24,015 nucleotides of DNA, taken from a virus (lineage: Duplodnaviria; Heunggongvirae; Uroviricota; Caudoviricetes). The notes beneath the pieces were generated by a model that was given only the letters and a program-made list of their open reading frames with translations, was not told the origin of the DNA and did not search any database. The stretch lies in the IMG/VR virus record IMGVR_UViG_2563366887_000004; one strand, given 5' to 3'. A program made the position numbers and the translations under genes. Shown here in pieces: positions 1 through 10,475 of this stretch. The stretch's first letter is position 1, and every line of letters starts with the position of its first letter.

Positions 1-1284
1 TTACAGACTTCTGGAAGGTTGCGCAGCTCTTACAACACGCGGTTGATCTTCCGCAGCGTCTTCCAGCGCACTTAAATCACGGTCTTTCACCTCTGGCATT
101 TTCAGCGCAGAGATTAAACCAATCACTGAATATGCCATGATCATAATGGCGATCGGATACCAGGATTCCGTCATGGTGCAGAAAATACCCGCCAGGATAG
201 GACCAAAACCGGAAGCGATAAGACCACCAATTTCTTTAGAAATAGCCATCCGGGTAAAGCGGTTTTTACAGCCGAACATTTCTGCCATGGTAATGTTTTC
301 CAGAGCAAATAATCCCAGCACCGCACAGTTATGAATCACAATCAGTGCAACCATAATGGTGCTCGGGGCATAGCTTTTATCTACAATGATAGAAAGCATT
401 GGCCATGCCAGCACAATCGCGGAGGTATTCATAATAATATACGGGATCCGGCGACCAATTTTATCGGATAACCAACCAAGGAACGGAATGGTCATAAAGC
501 CGAGAATCGAACTGATCATCAATGCATCTGTTGGAATTGCTTTGTTAAACAATAACGTCTGCACTAAATAGCCTGCAAGGAAAGTCTGAATTAACCCGGA
601 GTTACCCGCCTGACCAAAACGCAGCCCTGTTGCCAGCCAGAAGGATTTGCTCTGGAACATGCTACCAGCAGGTGCAGGTTTTGCTGTCGGTTGGTTACTG
701 TCGTTAACCTTCTCAAAGACCGGGCTTTCTTTCAGATTCATACGCAACCAGATAGCAAAGACCATCACGACAACACTCGCCAGGAACGGTATACGCCATC
801 CCCACGCCAGCAGTTCCTCTTTACTGAGAATGAAGAACATAAAGGCCCAGATTGCCGTTGCGCTCAAGGTTCCGCAGTTAGTTCCCATAGCCACAAATGA
901 GGAGATAATTCCGCGCTTACCTTTTGGCGCATATTCCGCCAGCATCGTACCGGCACCGGAAATTTCCGCACCTGCACCCAACCCCTGAATAATACGCAAC
1001 GTCACCAGCAAGATGGGTGCAAAAACACCAATCTGTGCATAGGTCGGTAACACACCAATTAAGGTGGTACAGATCCCCATCATGGTGATGGTAATAAAGA
1101 GCACTTTTTTACGCCCTATTCTGTCGCCCATTTTGCCGAAAATAAATGCTCCGACAATACGCGCCACATAACCTGCACCGTAGGTTCCCATTGCCAGAAT
1201 TAACGCCATTGCCGTTGATGATTCAGGAAAAAATATTTCATGAAACACTAACGCTGCGCCGAGCGAATATAACTGGAAATCCAT
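1..1284 (-). CDS. ydfJ: MFS transporter (metabolite:H+ symporter family), apparently 5'-truncated at the prophage junction
   Basis: 427-aa ORF with multiple hydrophobic segments and the MFS motif G-x-x-x-D-R-x-G-R-K (GKMGDRIGRKK) at residues 50-60. The N-terminal MDFQLYSLG resembles the conserved (W)YDFxxYg TM1 motif, so about 25-30 residues seem to be missing. An in-frame stop lies two codons upstream of the ATG. Stop codon is at window positions 1-3. Confidence 0.8.
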   Translation of the reverse strand: MDFQLYSLGAALVFHEIFFPESSTAMALILAMGTYGAGYVARIVGAFIFGKMGDRIGRKKVLFITITMMGICTTLIGVLPTYAQIGVFAPILLVTLRIIQGLGAGAEISGAGTMLAEYAPKGKRGIISSFVAMGTNCGTLSATAIWAFMFFILSKEELLAWGWRIPFLASVVVMVFAIWLRMNLKESPVFEKVNDSNQPTAKPAPAGSMFQSKSFWLATGLRFGQAGNSGLIQTFLAGYLVQTLLFNKAIPTDALMISSILGFMTIPFLGWLSDKIGRRIPYIIMNTSAIVLAWPMLSIIVDKSYAPSTIMVALIVIHNCAVLGLFALENITMAEMFGCKNRFTRMAISKEIGGLIASGFGPILAGIFCTMTESWYPIAIMIMAYSVIGLISALKMPEVKDRDLSALEDAAEDQPRVVRAAQPSRSL

Positions 1285-1887
1285 AATTCACAGGTGTTTT
1301 TTCCCATCCTGTGGTTTCCTTGGCGTTTTCTAGGTTTTTTCAGATAGTTGCATTTTTTAAAAAGCATCCTAAGTTCGATCTCAGTGTCTATCTGGGGCCC
1401 ATTTCTGTCCCATATATGCCCCAAAAAAACTCCTCAACAGATAAGTAGTTTTTTCATGGAGTTACGCGTAAAATCAATAACGGCTGGAAATCATTCAATA
1501 CTCGCACTATCGAAAAATTTACCAGCCAACCGCAGCACGTTCTTGCATAAGGCGTGTCTGCGGTTTTTCAACTATTCAGATACATCACTCCCATCACATT
1601 CATTCCTCCACATCAAAGGCATATAGGCTATATCACCTTGATATTTTTCTTCTTCAGATAAAAACTGTTATCTATGTATACTTTTAAACCCAATCCGTGT
1701 AGAGTCTCTGCATAAGATAGTTTGCAGTTGCCACTTCAGCTTGCGCCATAAACCGCCTGATTTTTGCCGCCATCTGTTAGCATTCCTGTATACCTGAAAC
1801 GACAATGTTTATCTACGAACTTTAAGAACACCCAGGATAAAAATTGTCAACTATATCATATATAACACATTACTAATTCGAGGCTAT

Positions 1888-2001
1888 ATGAACAGCATAC
1901 TGATAATCACTTCGCTCCTTATCATATTCAGCATTTTTAGTCATGCTCTAATAAAATTAGGGATTGGCATATCCAATAACCCAGACAAAACCGATGTATA
2001 A
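1888..2001 (+). CDS. candidate small hydrophobic peptide (37 aa, single predicted TM)
   Basis: ATG at 1888 with GAGG about 7 nt upstream; translation [37 protein letters not shown]. Below the 60-aa cutoff of the ORF track. No homology evidence. Confidence 0.2.
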
Positions 2002-2069
2002 GTCAACATATCCTGAATCAGACATACAATATCGCAATGAAAATCAATAATATTTTAAGGAATATATTC

Positions 2070-2303
2070 ATGAAATCAAAAGACACCCTAAAGTGGTTCC
2101 CTGCGCAGCTTCCTGAAGTCAGAATTATCCTAGGGGATGCTGTAGTGGAAGTAGCAAAACAGGGAAGACCTATCAATACCAGAACATTGCTTGATTACAT
2201 TGAAGGAAACATAAAGAAAAAATCATGGCTGGATAACAAAGAATTATTACAAACAGCGATATCAGTTCTTAAAGACAACCAAAATTTAAATGGTAAAATG
2301 TAA
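2070..2303 (+). CDS. ydfK: YdfK-like small prophage protein (77 aa)
   Basis: ORF-track ORF 2037..2303; the internal Met (MKSKDTLKWFPAQLPEV...) gives a 77-aa product that I recognise as YdfK of Qin. Position between ydfJ and pin matches the Qin gene order. Confidence 0.7.
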   Translation: MKSKDTLKWFPAQLPEVRIILGDAVVEVAKQGRPINTRTLLDYIEGNIKKKSWLDNKELLQTAISVLKDNQNLNGKM

Positions 2304-2619
2304 TATAATAAACTTACTTTTTTATCATTTTTCCACTTTAACAACATTTTGCTCCACTTTTCCACGACCAAACAACTTGAAATCTGGTTAAAATAACACG
2401 CAACACTATTCTTCTTCCTTGAGTCCGCCCGGAACTCGAAAAACAAACCGAGTTAAAGCCATTTTTCACAAAATCGATTTTGGGTCTCACCAAAGTTACG
2501 GGGTTGCATACGCATTCGTTTATTTTCGAACGTGTACATACAAATATGCACAAAAATAATCAAAATTATTTTCTGAGATGCATTATGATATGAACACCAA
2601 TTTCGTATAGAGTCTCACT

Positions 2620-3210
2620 ATGTCTCGAATTTTTGCTTACTGTCGGATATCAACGCTGGATCAGACCACCGAAAATCAACGCCGGGAAATCGAAAGTGCA
2701 GGTTTTAAAATCAAACCTCAGCAAATAATCGAAGAACACATTAGCGGCTCAGCAGCAACCAGTGAGCGTCCTGGTTTTAACCGGTTGCTTGCTCGCCTGA
2801 AATGTGGTGATCAATTGATTGTGACAAAACTGGATCGCCTTGGTTGTAATGCAATGGATATCAGGAAAACAGTGGAACAACTGACCGAAACAGGTATCAG
2901 AGTGCATTGCTTAGCATTGGGGGGCATTGACCTGACCAGTCCAACAGGAAAAATGATGATGCACGTAATTTCAGCAGTCGCTGAATTTGAACGAGACCTT
3001 TTACTTGAACGCACTCATTCCGGGATAGTAAGAGCCCGCGGCGCAGGGAAACGTTTTGGTCGACCACCTGTGTTAAATGAAGAACAGAAACAGGTGGTAT
3101 TCGAACGAATTAAGTCAGGTGTAAGTATAAGTGCCATTGCCCGGGAATTCAAAACCTCGCGGCAAACCATTTTAAGAGCCAAAGCAAAACTTCAGACACC
3201 TGACATATAA
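2620..3210 (+). CDS. pinQ: serine recombinase, Pin/Gin/Hin/Cin-type DNA invertase
   Basis: 196 aa; N-terminal catalytic region [16 protein letters not shown] (active-site Ser in the R-x-S-T motif) and C-terminal HTH; adjacent to tail fibre and tfa genes as in e14/Mu/P1 inversion systems. Confidence 0.9.
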   Translation: MSRIFAYCRISTLDQTTENQRREIESAGFKIKPQQIIEEHISGSAATSERPGFNRLLARLKCGDQLIVTKLDRLGCNAMDIRKTVEQLTETGIRVHCLALGGIDLTSPTGKMMMHVISAVAEFERDLLLERTHSGIVRARGAGKRFGRPPVLNEEQKQVVFERIKSGVSISAIAREFKTSRQTILRAKAKLQTPDI

Positions 3211-3307
3211 AAAATAATCTCGGTGTGAGATGCTTTACGTCTTCCAAGCCCCCTTCCTTGCCGTAAATGGAGAGATACATCTAATTATAGAATTTATATG
3301 TTTTACC

Positions 3308-3883
3308 CTACGGCAGTGCTGGCCATTCAATATCCGGTGCAGTTGATGTATCAACACGGTTCAGCAACACCCGATACTTTTTCCAGGCTTCCAGCAACAA
3401 GGTTTCTTCCTCCGTTGCGATCTCCAGATCCACAGCATCCTGAAGCGGCGCTATATGCTCACTGGCTATCTGCATCAGGCTGTTTTTTGTTTCTTCCGCC
3501 TCCCGGATCCGGAACAGTTTTTCTGCTTCCGTATCCTTCACCCAGGCTGTGCCGTTCCACTTCTGATATTCCCCTCCCGGCGATAACCAGGTAACATTTT
3601 CCGGTAACGGACCGAGTTCAGAAATAAATAACGCGTCCCCTGATGCCACGTCATAAACCGTTTTACCCCGATGATCTTCAACGAGATGCCACGATGCCTC
3701 ATCACTGTTGAAAACAGCCACGAAGCCTGCCGGAATATCTGGCGGTGCAATATCGGTACTGTTTGCTGGCAGACCTGTATGAGGCGGAATATATGCGTCA
3801 CCTTCACCAATAAATTCATTAGTTCCGGCCAGCAGATTATAAATTTTTATGGTCCGTGGTTGTTCACTCATTCTGAATGCCAT
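3308..3883 (-). CDS. tfaQ: tail fiber assembly protein
   Basis: 191-aa ORF immediately downstream of a tail-fibre C-terminal fragment on the same strand; recognised as Tfa-family sequence with the Qin TfaQ length. Confidence 0.85.
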   Translation of the reverse strand: MAFRMSEQPRTIKIYNLLAGTNEFIGEGDAYIPPHTGLPANSTDIAPPDIPAGFVAVFNSDEASWHLVEDHRGKTVYDVASGDALFISELGPLPENVTWLSPGGEYQKWNGTAWVKDTEAEKLFRIREAEETKNSLMQIASEHIAPLQDAVDLEIATEEETLLLEAWKKYRVLLNRVDTSTAPDIEWPALP

Positions 3884-4191
3884 TACGCAAGCCTCACAAT
3901 ATAGTTAAATGCGATGTTTTTGACGGTGTTTTCCGCGTTACCAGCAGCGTTAACGGTGATGGTATGTCCATGTGAACCAATCGCAACGGAGTGCGTATGA
4001 GCACCAATGCCGACAGTATGTGCGTGTGCACCTGCGCTTGCAGCAGTACCCGATACAGAGTGCGTATGAGCGCCTGCAGAAGAAGTGTTAACACTGTATT
4101 CAGAATAATCAGGTGATCCACTTCCCGGAGCACCACTGGAACCACCTGAAACAAATGTCATCGAATGGGTATGTGCACCGGCTGTCCCCAT
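3883..4191 (-). pseudogene. stfQ: side tail fiber C-terminal fragment with repeated G-A-H-T-H-S (HxH) motifs
   Basis: 102-aa ORF containing GAHTHS x3 plus GAHAHT and GSHGHT, typical of distal tail-fibre tips; far too short for a complete fibre; abuts tfaQ with a 1-nt overlap. Confidence 0.7.
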
Positions 4192-4480
4192 GCATTTACC
4201 GCCCGGACTGTCAGCCTGTAATTTCCCAGCGCCAGCTGCGTGAAGCGATATGTGGTTTCCGTCGTCCGGGCCGTGCTGACCAACCGCTCACTGCCGTCGT
4301 CCGCTGCCACGGTCAGGCGAAGCATAAAGCTCACCCCCTTCACCACCTTCGGCGTGTCCCAGCGCGCCAGCACCTGGTATTCCCCGCTGTCTGCGGTGAC
4401 TTCTGCGGTCAGGTGCTGAACTGCTGGCGGCGTGACACCATTCACCGTGCCGCTCTGGTCACCGTCAAAGTGCGCCCCGT
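4186..4480 (-). pseudogene. internal fragment of a lambda J-like host-specificity (central tail fibre) protein
   Basis: Translation ...FDGDQSGTVNGVTPPAVQHLTAEVTADSGEYQVLARWDTPKVVKGVSF...[12 protein letters not shown] matches my recollection of an internal region of lambda J; bounded on both sides by frame breaks (junctions with the nohA 3' end and the stf fragment). Confidence 0.6.
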
Positions 4481-4987
4481 TATCAGTTCATCCAGCGCGG
4501 CTGCTTTGTTCATGGCTTTGATGATATCCCGTTTCAGGAAATCAACATGTCGGTTTTCCAGTTCCGGAAAACGCCGCTGCACCGACAGGGGGATCCCGTC
4601 GAGAATACTGGCAATTTCACCTGCGATCCGCGACAGCACGAAAGTACAGAATGCGGTTTCCACCACTTCAGCGGAGTCTCTGGCATTTTTCAGCTCCTGT
4701 GCGTCGGCCTGCGCACGCGTAAGTCGATGGCGTTCGTACTCAATAGTCCCTGGCTGGAGATCTGTCTCGCTGGCCTGCCGCAGTTCTTCAACTTCCCGGC
4801 GCAGCTTTTCGTTCTCAATTTCAGCATCCCTTTCGGCATACCATTTTATGACGGCGGCAGAATCATAAAGCACCTCATTACCCTTGCCACCGCCTCGCAG
4901 AACGGGCATTCCCTGTTCCTGCCAGTTCTGAATGGTACGGATACTCGCACCGAAAATGTCAGCCAGCTGCTTTTTGTTGACTTCCAT
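4442..4987 (-). CDS. nohA: terminase small subunit Nu1 homolog; C-terminal tail replaced at a deletion junction
   Basis: 181-aa ORF MEVNKKQLADIFGASIRTIQNWQEQGMPVLRGG... appears near-identical to lambda Nu1 (from memory) up to ...AALDELI, then diverges (TGRTLTVTRAAR) where the sequence continues into a J fragment. No terminase large subunit follows. Confidence 0.85.
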   Translation of the reverse strand: MEVNKKQLADIFGASIRTIQNWQEQGMPVLRGGGKGNEVLYDSAAVIKWYAERDAEIENEKLRREVEELRQASETDLQPGTIEYERHRLTRAQADAQELKNARDSAEVVETAFCTFVLSRIAGEIASILDGIPLSVQRRFPELENRHVDFLKRDIIKAMNKAAALDELITGRTLTVTRAAR

Positions 4988-5200
4988 TGTTCATTCCACG
5001 GACAAAAACAGAGAAAGGAAACGACAAAGGCCAAAAAGCCCGCTTTCAGCACCTGTCGTTTCCTTTCTTTTCAGGGGGTATTTTAAATAAAAACATTAAG
5101 TTACGACGAAGAAGAACGGAAACACCTTAAACCGGAAAATTTTCATAAATAGCGAAAACCCGCGAGGTCGCCGCCCCGTAACCTGTCGGATCACCGGAAA
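4988..5200 (-). other. lambda-type cos region: cosB (inverted R-site repeats) and cosN with the 12-nt cohesive-end sequence GGGCGGCGACCT
   Basis: Minus strand at 5176..5165 reads GGGCGGCGACCT, the known lambda cohesive end. Between cosN and the Nu1 start, inverted copies of AGGAAACGACAG-like R elements occur (about 5013-5066). Position immediately upstream of Nu1 is canonical. Confidence 0.7.
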
Positions 5201-5375
5201 GGACCCGTAAAGTGATAATGATTATCATCTACATATCACAACGTGCGTGGAGGCCATCAAACCACGTCAAATAATCAATTATGACGCAGGTATCGTATTA
5301 ATTGATCTGCATCAACTTAACGTAAAAACAACTTCAGACAATACAAATCAGCGACACTGAATACGGGGCAACCTC

Positions 5376-5609
5376 ATGTCAACGAAGAACAGAACCCGCA
5401 GAACAACAACCCGCAACATCCGCTTTCCTAACCAAATGATTGAACAAATTAACATCGCTCTTGAGCAAAAAGGGTCCGGGAATTTCTCAGCCTGGGTCAT
5501 TGAAGCCTGCCGCCGGAGACTGTGCTCAGAAAAAAGAGTTTCTTCTGAAGCAAACAAAGAAAAGAGTGACATTACTGAATTGCTCAGAAAACAGGTCAGA
5601 CCAGATTGA
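5376..5609 (+). CDS. ynfO: small prophage protein YnfO-like (77 aa)
   Basis: 77-aa ORF at the Qin-equivalent position between cos and ydfO; assignment from recalled gene order, not from a recognised domain. Confidence 0.55.
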   Translation: MSTKNRTRRTTTRNIRFPNQMIEQINIALEQKGSGNFSAWVIEACRRRLCSEKRVSSEANKEKSDITELLRKQVRPD

Positions 5610-5666
5610 AGCAATTTAGATAATCGTGCAGACTACGCCCCCTCATATCACATGGAAGGTTTATCT

Positions 5667-6077
5667 ATGGATCAGGTAGTCATTTTTAAACAAATATTTG
5701 ATAAAGTTCGAAACGATTTAAACTATCAATGGTTTTATTCTGAGCTAAAACGTCACAATGTCTCACATTACATTTACTATTTAGCCACAGAGAATGTTCA
5801 TATTGTATTAAAAAATGATAATACAGTGTTATTAAAGGGCCTAAAAAACATTGTGTCTGTCAAATTTTCAAAGGATAGGCATCTTATAGAAACGACCTCT
5901 AATAAGCTGAAATCCAGAGAGATCACATTTCAGGAATACAGAAGAAACCTTGCTAAAGCAGGAGTTTTTCGGTGGGTTACAAATATCCACGAACAAAAAA
6001 GATATTACTATACCTTTGATAATTCATTACTATTTACTGAAAGCATCCAGAAAACTACACAGATCTTACCACGCTAA
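5667..6077 (+). CDS. ydfO: DUF1398-family prophage protein YdfO
   Basis: ORF 5652..6077; the start at 5667 (MDQVVIFKQ...) is preferred because GGAAGG lies about 8 nt upstream; 136 aa. Confidence 0.65.
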
Positions 6078-6228
6078 ACCATAACGTCCGGCTTCTCTCA
6101 CTCCTGAGCCGGACTGCATTGGTTTAATAAAAACCATCAACAATTGTGATTTAGATATTCGGAACCATTCAAATATAACAAAACCCCGTAAAAACGAGGT
6201 TTATGGATAAATTTTATTATTGAATACA

Positions 6229-6402
6229 TCAGATTAAATTAATCTTGACATCATAGCTTTCAAGACCCGTCATTTTTTCCCGTGCGGTAAACTGAATACT
6301 GGTAACTTCTTTCCCGGTCTTTTTCTTAAGTTCAATAATTTTTTTTGTTATATATTCAGAAATATCTGCTTCTGCTTTTGTTTTTAAGTTTTCAATATTC
6401 AT
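6229..6402 (-). CDS. gnsB: GnsB (57 aa), GnsA/GnsB family small protein
   Basis: Hand-translated from the minus strand: MNIENLKTKAEADISEYITKKIIELKKKTGKEVTSIQFTAREKMTGLESYDVKINLI, stop TGA at 6231..6229. Missed by the ORF track because it is under 60 aa. Confidence 0.75.
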   Translation of the reverse strand: MNIENLKTKAEADISEYITKKIIELKKKTGKEVTSIQFTAREKMTGLESYDVKINLI

Positions 6403-6573
6403 CATTTCCTCTTTTAGTCTGTTATGACTTTCCAGTTACACAGTAAGTCGATTATATGGTGCAAACGTGTAAAAGATAAGATGAAACATCGCAATAATCA
6501 ACATACGATAGTCTAAATTTTACACAAACAGACAAAGAGAATTTTCCTGAATTATCAATGCAATAGCATCAAA

Positions 6574-6846
6574 TCAACTCAAGAGCCTTATTGCTGCTTC
6601 CAGAATTTCTTCTGAAGTAACATGTCGATCCGCGGCTACATAAATGACTTTATGATCTCCGGTCAGAGATGGAAACCCTGCGGCCATTACAGTAAGGTGT
6701 GTTTTTTCGCCATTTGGATATTCACGCATGATGGTGTTAACTCCAGTCATCGCTGGCACTACCACTGCTGGTTCAGAGTTAAAAAAAACTATGATTTTTT
6801 TCATGATGTTACCGTAGTATGTGAGTATCCATCGAATAGACACCAA
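6574..6846 (-). CDS. hypothetical prophage protein (YnfN-position ORF); true start uncertain (6846 or internal Met at 6804)
   Basis: 90-aa ORF with protein-like composition between gnsB and cspI; internal start MKKIIVFF would give 76 aa. No recognisable domain. Confidence 0.4.
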   Translation of the reverse strand: MVSIRWILTYYGNIMKKIIVFFNSEPAVVVPAMTGVNTIMREYPNGEKTHLTVMAAGFPSLTGDHKVIYVAADRHVTSEEILEAAIRLLS

Positions 6847-7075
6847 GCAAAAAAGCTCCCGAAGGAGCCTTCATTTTCACTTTTTTAAATCCAACGACAG
6901 ACGGCTGGCATTTAAGTATTGTGAAATATTATCAAATGTAATCATCATTGATTTACAAAAGATACATTTTGCCCCGAAAGGATTCATGTCAGAAACATCA
7001 AAAGATGATGTTCTATACTGGGAACCATGACAACACGGGCATCTAAAGTGAATATGGTTTGTAATATTGTCTACC

Positions 7076-7288
7076 TCAAAGCGCCACTACATGAACAGCG
7101 GCAGGACCTTTAGGTCCGTTCTCAATACCAAATTCAACTTCCTGATTCTCAGTTAATGTTTTGAAATCGTTGCTCTGAATTGCTGAGAAATGGACAAACA
7201 CATCTTTGCTGCCATCTTTCGGCGTGATGAAACCAAAACCTTTTTCAGGGTTAAACCATTTCACTAAACCAGTCATTTTGTTAGACAT
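7076..7288 (-). CDS. cspI: cold-shock protein (CspA family)
   Basis: 70 aa with RNP1/RNP2-like motifs KGFGFI and VFVHF; sequence [23 protein letters not shown]...; long 5' UTR upstream. Confidence 0.9.
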   Translation of the reverse strand: MSNKMTGLVKWFNPEKGFGFITPKDGSKDVFVHFSAIQSNDFKTLTENQEVEFGIENGPKGPAAVHVVAL

Positions 7289-7650
7289 AATTATTACCTT
7301 TTGAAGAAATTAGCCCTTGGGCAGAATGGTCCGAAAAAAAATATCAGAGAGAAAAACCAACAAGGAAATCTCAAGAGGTACAAATAATAAAATTATAACA
7401 ATGACTGCTTCAGATAAATTTGTAACAAACCAGAACACCATTAACGCATGATTAACCACCCATAGCAAGGATTACTTTTGTAAAGAAAAACACAGCAATG
7501 AAAGAATAGCTTTATTTATTAATAAAACGTGTCATTCTGATTAAGACCTTTTATCTTACCCTTAAGATTTCAGGAATTTTGGCTCATGGAAGAGTCCTTT
7601 TTATTTAAATTTTACATTCCGCGATGTAAATGTTCCGATTTAATATTACC

Positions 7651-8674
<1,024 letters not shown>

Positions 8675-8678
<4 letters not shown>

Positions 8679-8986
8679 AGATATTTATGATGAGGACGCT
8701 CGTGCTTATTGGCAGGATTTTCAATCTTAAAGGAGTACTGATGCTGCAGATAAGACTCAACTTTTTCTGACAATTTTTCTGCTACTTCCAGGAAGACTTG
8801 CCGGACGCTCCTTCTGGCTGCTGCCTCATAAAACTCCAGCGCAGCTCCTTCAACACGGTCCATGGCGACATCCAGGTCAAAAATTTCACCGTCAAAGCGT
8901 TCTTTGTCCTGTAAGGCTACAGTTACCGTAACTTTATTCTCAAAATTACGGACTCCTTTCACAACCAGTTCATAGTCTTGAGTCAT
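8675..8986 (-). CDS. ydfR: YdfR, prophage protein of unknown function inside the lysis cassette
   Basis: 103-aa ORF, translationally coupled (overlapping stop/start) with the endolysin gene; between holin and endolysin. Confidence 0.65.
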
Positions 8987-8990
8987 TGGA

Positions 8991-9206
8991 TTACTCTCCT
9001 CTCGCAGCCTTACGCCTGTCTTCTTTAATCTTGAAATAAAGATTTGTCAGATACGTCAGCAGGCCAAAAACCAGGCTACCCAGCACACCGATTGCAGCCC
9101 ACTGTGACGGAGTTACTTTATCGAGTAACTGCAATGCCCAGAAACCAGCATTACCCGCCGATGTGCCATAGGCAACACCTGTTGTTAACTTATCCATTGA
9201 TTTCAT
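8991..9206 (-). CDS. essQ: class II holin (pinholin, phage 21 S21-like) with dual-start motif MKSMDK
   Basis: The ORF-track ORF (8991..9281) begins at a GTG; the internal start gives a 71-aa product [26 protein letters not shown]...[15 protein letters not shown] with two TM segments, resembling S21. The exact start coordinate carries +/-1-2 nt uncertainty from hand counting. Confidence 0.8.
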   Translation of the reverse strand: MKSMDKLTTGVAYGTSAGNAGFWALQLLDKVTPSQWAAIGVLGSLVFGLLTYLTNLYFKIKEDRRKAARGE

Positions 9207-9425
9207 ATCCTCACCCCGATGTACACGGATGGTGCAATATGTTTGAAAAGATCGGAGTCTACGGGGTAGTTTTGACAGCACACGTTGTTCTCAACGGCGC
9301 TAAAAAAACATACACATTAAAAATGTGGGTAATTATTTTGAAAGAAAGTCATATATAAAATAATAATACGAGAAATGTTTTCATATTTAGTGTACTGTAT
9401 ACGGCCATTTATACAGGAAAAGCCT

Positions 9426-9596
9426 ATGTCAGAACGTAAAAACTCAAAATCACGCCGTAATTATCTCGTTAAATGTTCCTGCCCAAACTGCACCCAAGAG
9501 TCAGAACACAGTTTTTCAAGAGTACAAAAAGGTGCCCTTTTGATCTGCCCTCATTGCAACAAAGTATTCCAGACAAATCTTAAAGCTGTAGCCTGA
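9426..9596 (+). CDS. small zinc-ribbon protein (56 aa, two CxxC pairs)
   Basis: ATG at 9426 preceded by AGGAAA; translation MSERKNSKSRRNYLVKCSCPNCTQESEHSFSRVQKGALLICPHCNKVFQTNLKAVA; followed by a hairpin terminator. Possibly the Qin small protein YnfU, but I am not certain. Confidence 0.45.
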   Translation: MSERKNSKSRRNYLVKCSCPNCTQESEHSFSRVQKGALLICPHCNKVFQTNLKAVA

Positions 9597-9652
9597 TTGA
9601 TTTTATTAGTAACAAGTATTTTTTATATTTTAATAATATATTTAAAGCAGAT

Positions 9653-9680
9653 AATAAAAAACCCGCCTGAGCGGGTTTGA
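9653..9680. terminator. bidirectional intrinsic terminator (stem ACCCGC/GCGGGT, loop CTGA) flanked by an A-tract and a T-rich tract
   Basis: AAAAAACCCGCCTGAGCGGGTTTGAG; on the minus strand the hairpin is followed by a strong U-run, so it fits a cspB terminator and also lies downstream of the small + strand ORF. Confidence 0.6.
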
Positions 9681-9959
9681 GATTGTGGTGCTTTTTGTGG
9701 GAGTCATCCACTTACGCACTTTGTTTTGCCATGCCAGCAGTTAGCTTCTGCTGTAAAACTATTCATGCAGCAAACCTGCACTTCACCACAATGGTTAGCA
9801 TACTTTTCCTGATTAAGATTTTGCCAAATATGCTAGCCATTGTTTCATGTATTGGACCTCCTTACTTTTTATTAAAGAGATCCAATATTCACTACTCTGT
9901 CCGTATCTCTACTCAGGCATCAGCCTTCTTCGTTATCGTATACAGACGAGCGATGAATT

Positions 9960-10175
9960 TTAATCAGTAATGATGACATTTGCTGCTGCAGGACCTTTAG
10001 CACCACTCTCTATAGAGAAGGTAACCTTTTGACCTTCAAATAAGGTTCGATAATTATCATTCTGAATCGCAGAAAAATGCACAAACACATCTTTACTACC
10101 ATCAACAGGAGAAATAAAGCCGAAACCTTTATCAGCGTTAAACCATTTTACTAAACCAGTCATTTTATTTGACAT
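9960..10175 (-). CDS. cspB: cold-shock protein (CspA family)
   Basis: 71 aa [23 protein letters not shown]...; recognised as the CspB sequence. Confidence 0.9.
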   Translation of the reverse strand: MSNKMTGLVKWFNADKGFGFISPVDGSKDVFVHFSAIQNDNYRTLFEGQKVTFSIESGAKGPAAANVIITD

Positions 10176-10475
10176 TCTACATTCCTTAACTTGAGCCTTT
10201 CGGCATAAATGGTTTGCATAACAGAAACGACTTCGTACTTAATTGGAGAGACTCAAAGAAGGAATAAGTGAATAACACCTGAAATGAGAACTGCTTTAGT
10301 AAACTACTTCGTATATCGTCTGTTCTTCAAACCGACGCAATCATTAACGCATAGTTGAACATATGAAGCAATGTTTATTTTAGACATCCAGCCATCTTCA
10401 ACCCCATCAAAAAACTATAGCTTTCTTCAGGAACGTGTGTATAGTGCGCCAAGTTATCAGTATTAAGGAATTTTT

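Noticed and set aside
137-988. Four plus-strand ORF-track ORFs (65-113 aa) inside the ydfJ coding region
   Set aside because: Antisense to a well-supported transporter gene; no start signals or recognisable domains.
1348-1626. 92-aa plus-strand ORF in the AT-rich prophage end
   Set aside because: Composition not protein-like (Ser/Leu/Phe-rich, low complexity); no SD; likely a chance ORF in AT-rich DNA.
2437-2465. Possible Gin/Pin-type crossover (gix-like) site with an AAACCGAG core upstream of pin
   Set aside because: Only the core octamer matches the gix sequence I recall; flanks do not match and no inverted partner site was found.
4113-4868. 251-aa plus-strand ORF
   Set aside because: Antisense to the nohA (Nu1) and J-fragment sequences; Arg/Ser/Cys-rich composition typical of a GC-rich antisense frame.
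6821-7030. 69-aa plus-strand ORF between the ynfN-position gene and cspI
   Set aside because: Overlaps the 5' end of the minus-strand gene; no SD; not protein-like.
9044-9358. 104-aa plus-strand ORF
   Set aside because: Antisense to the essQ holin gene.
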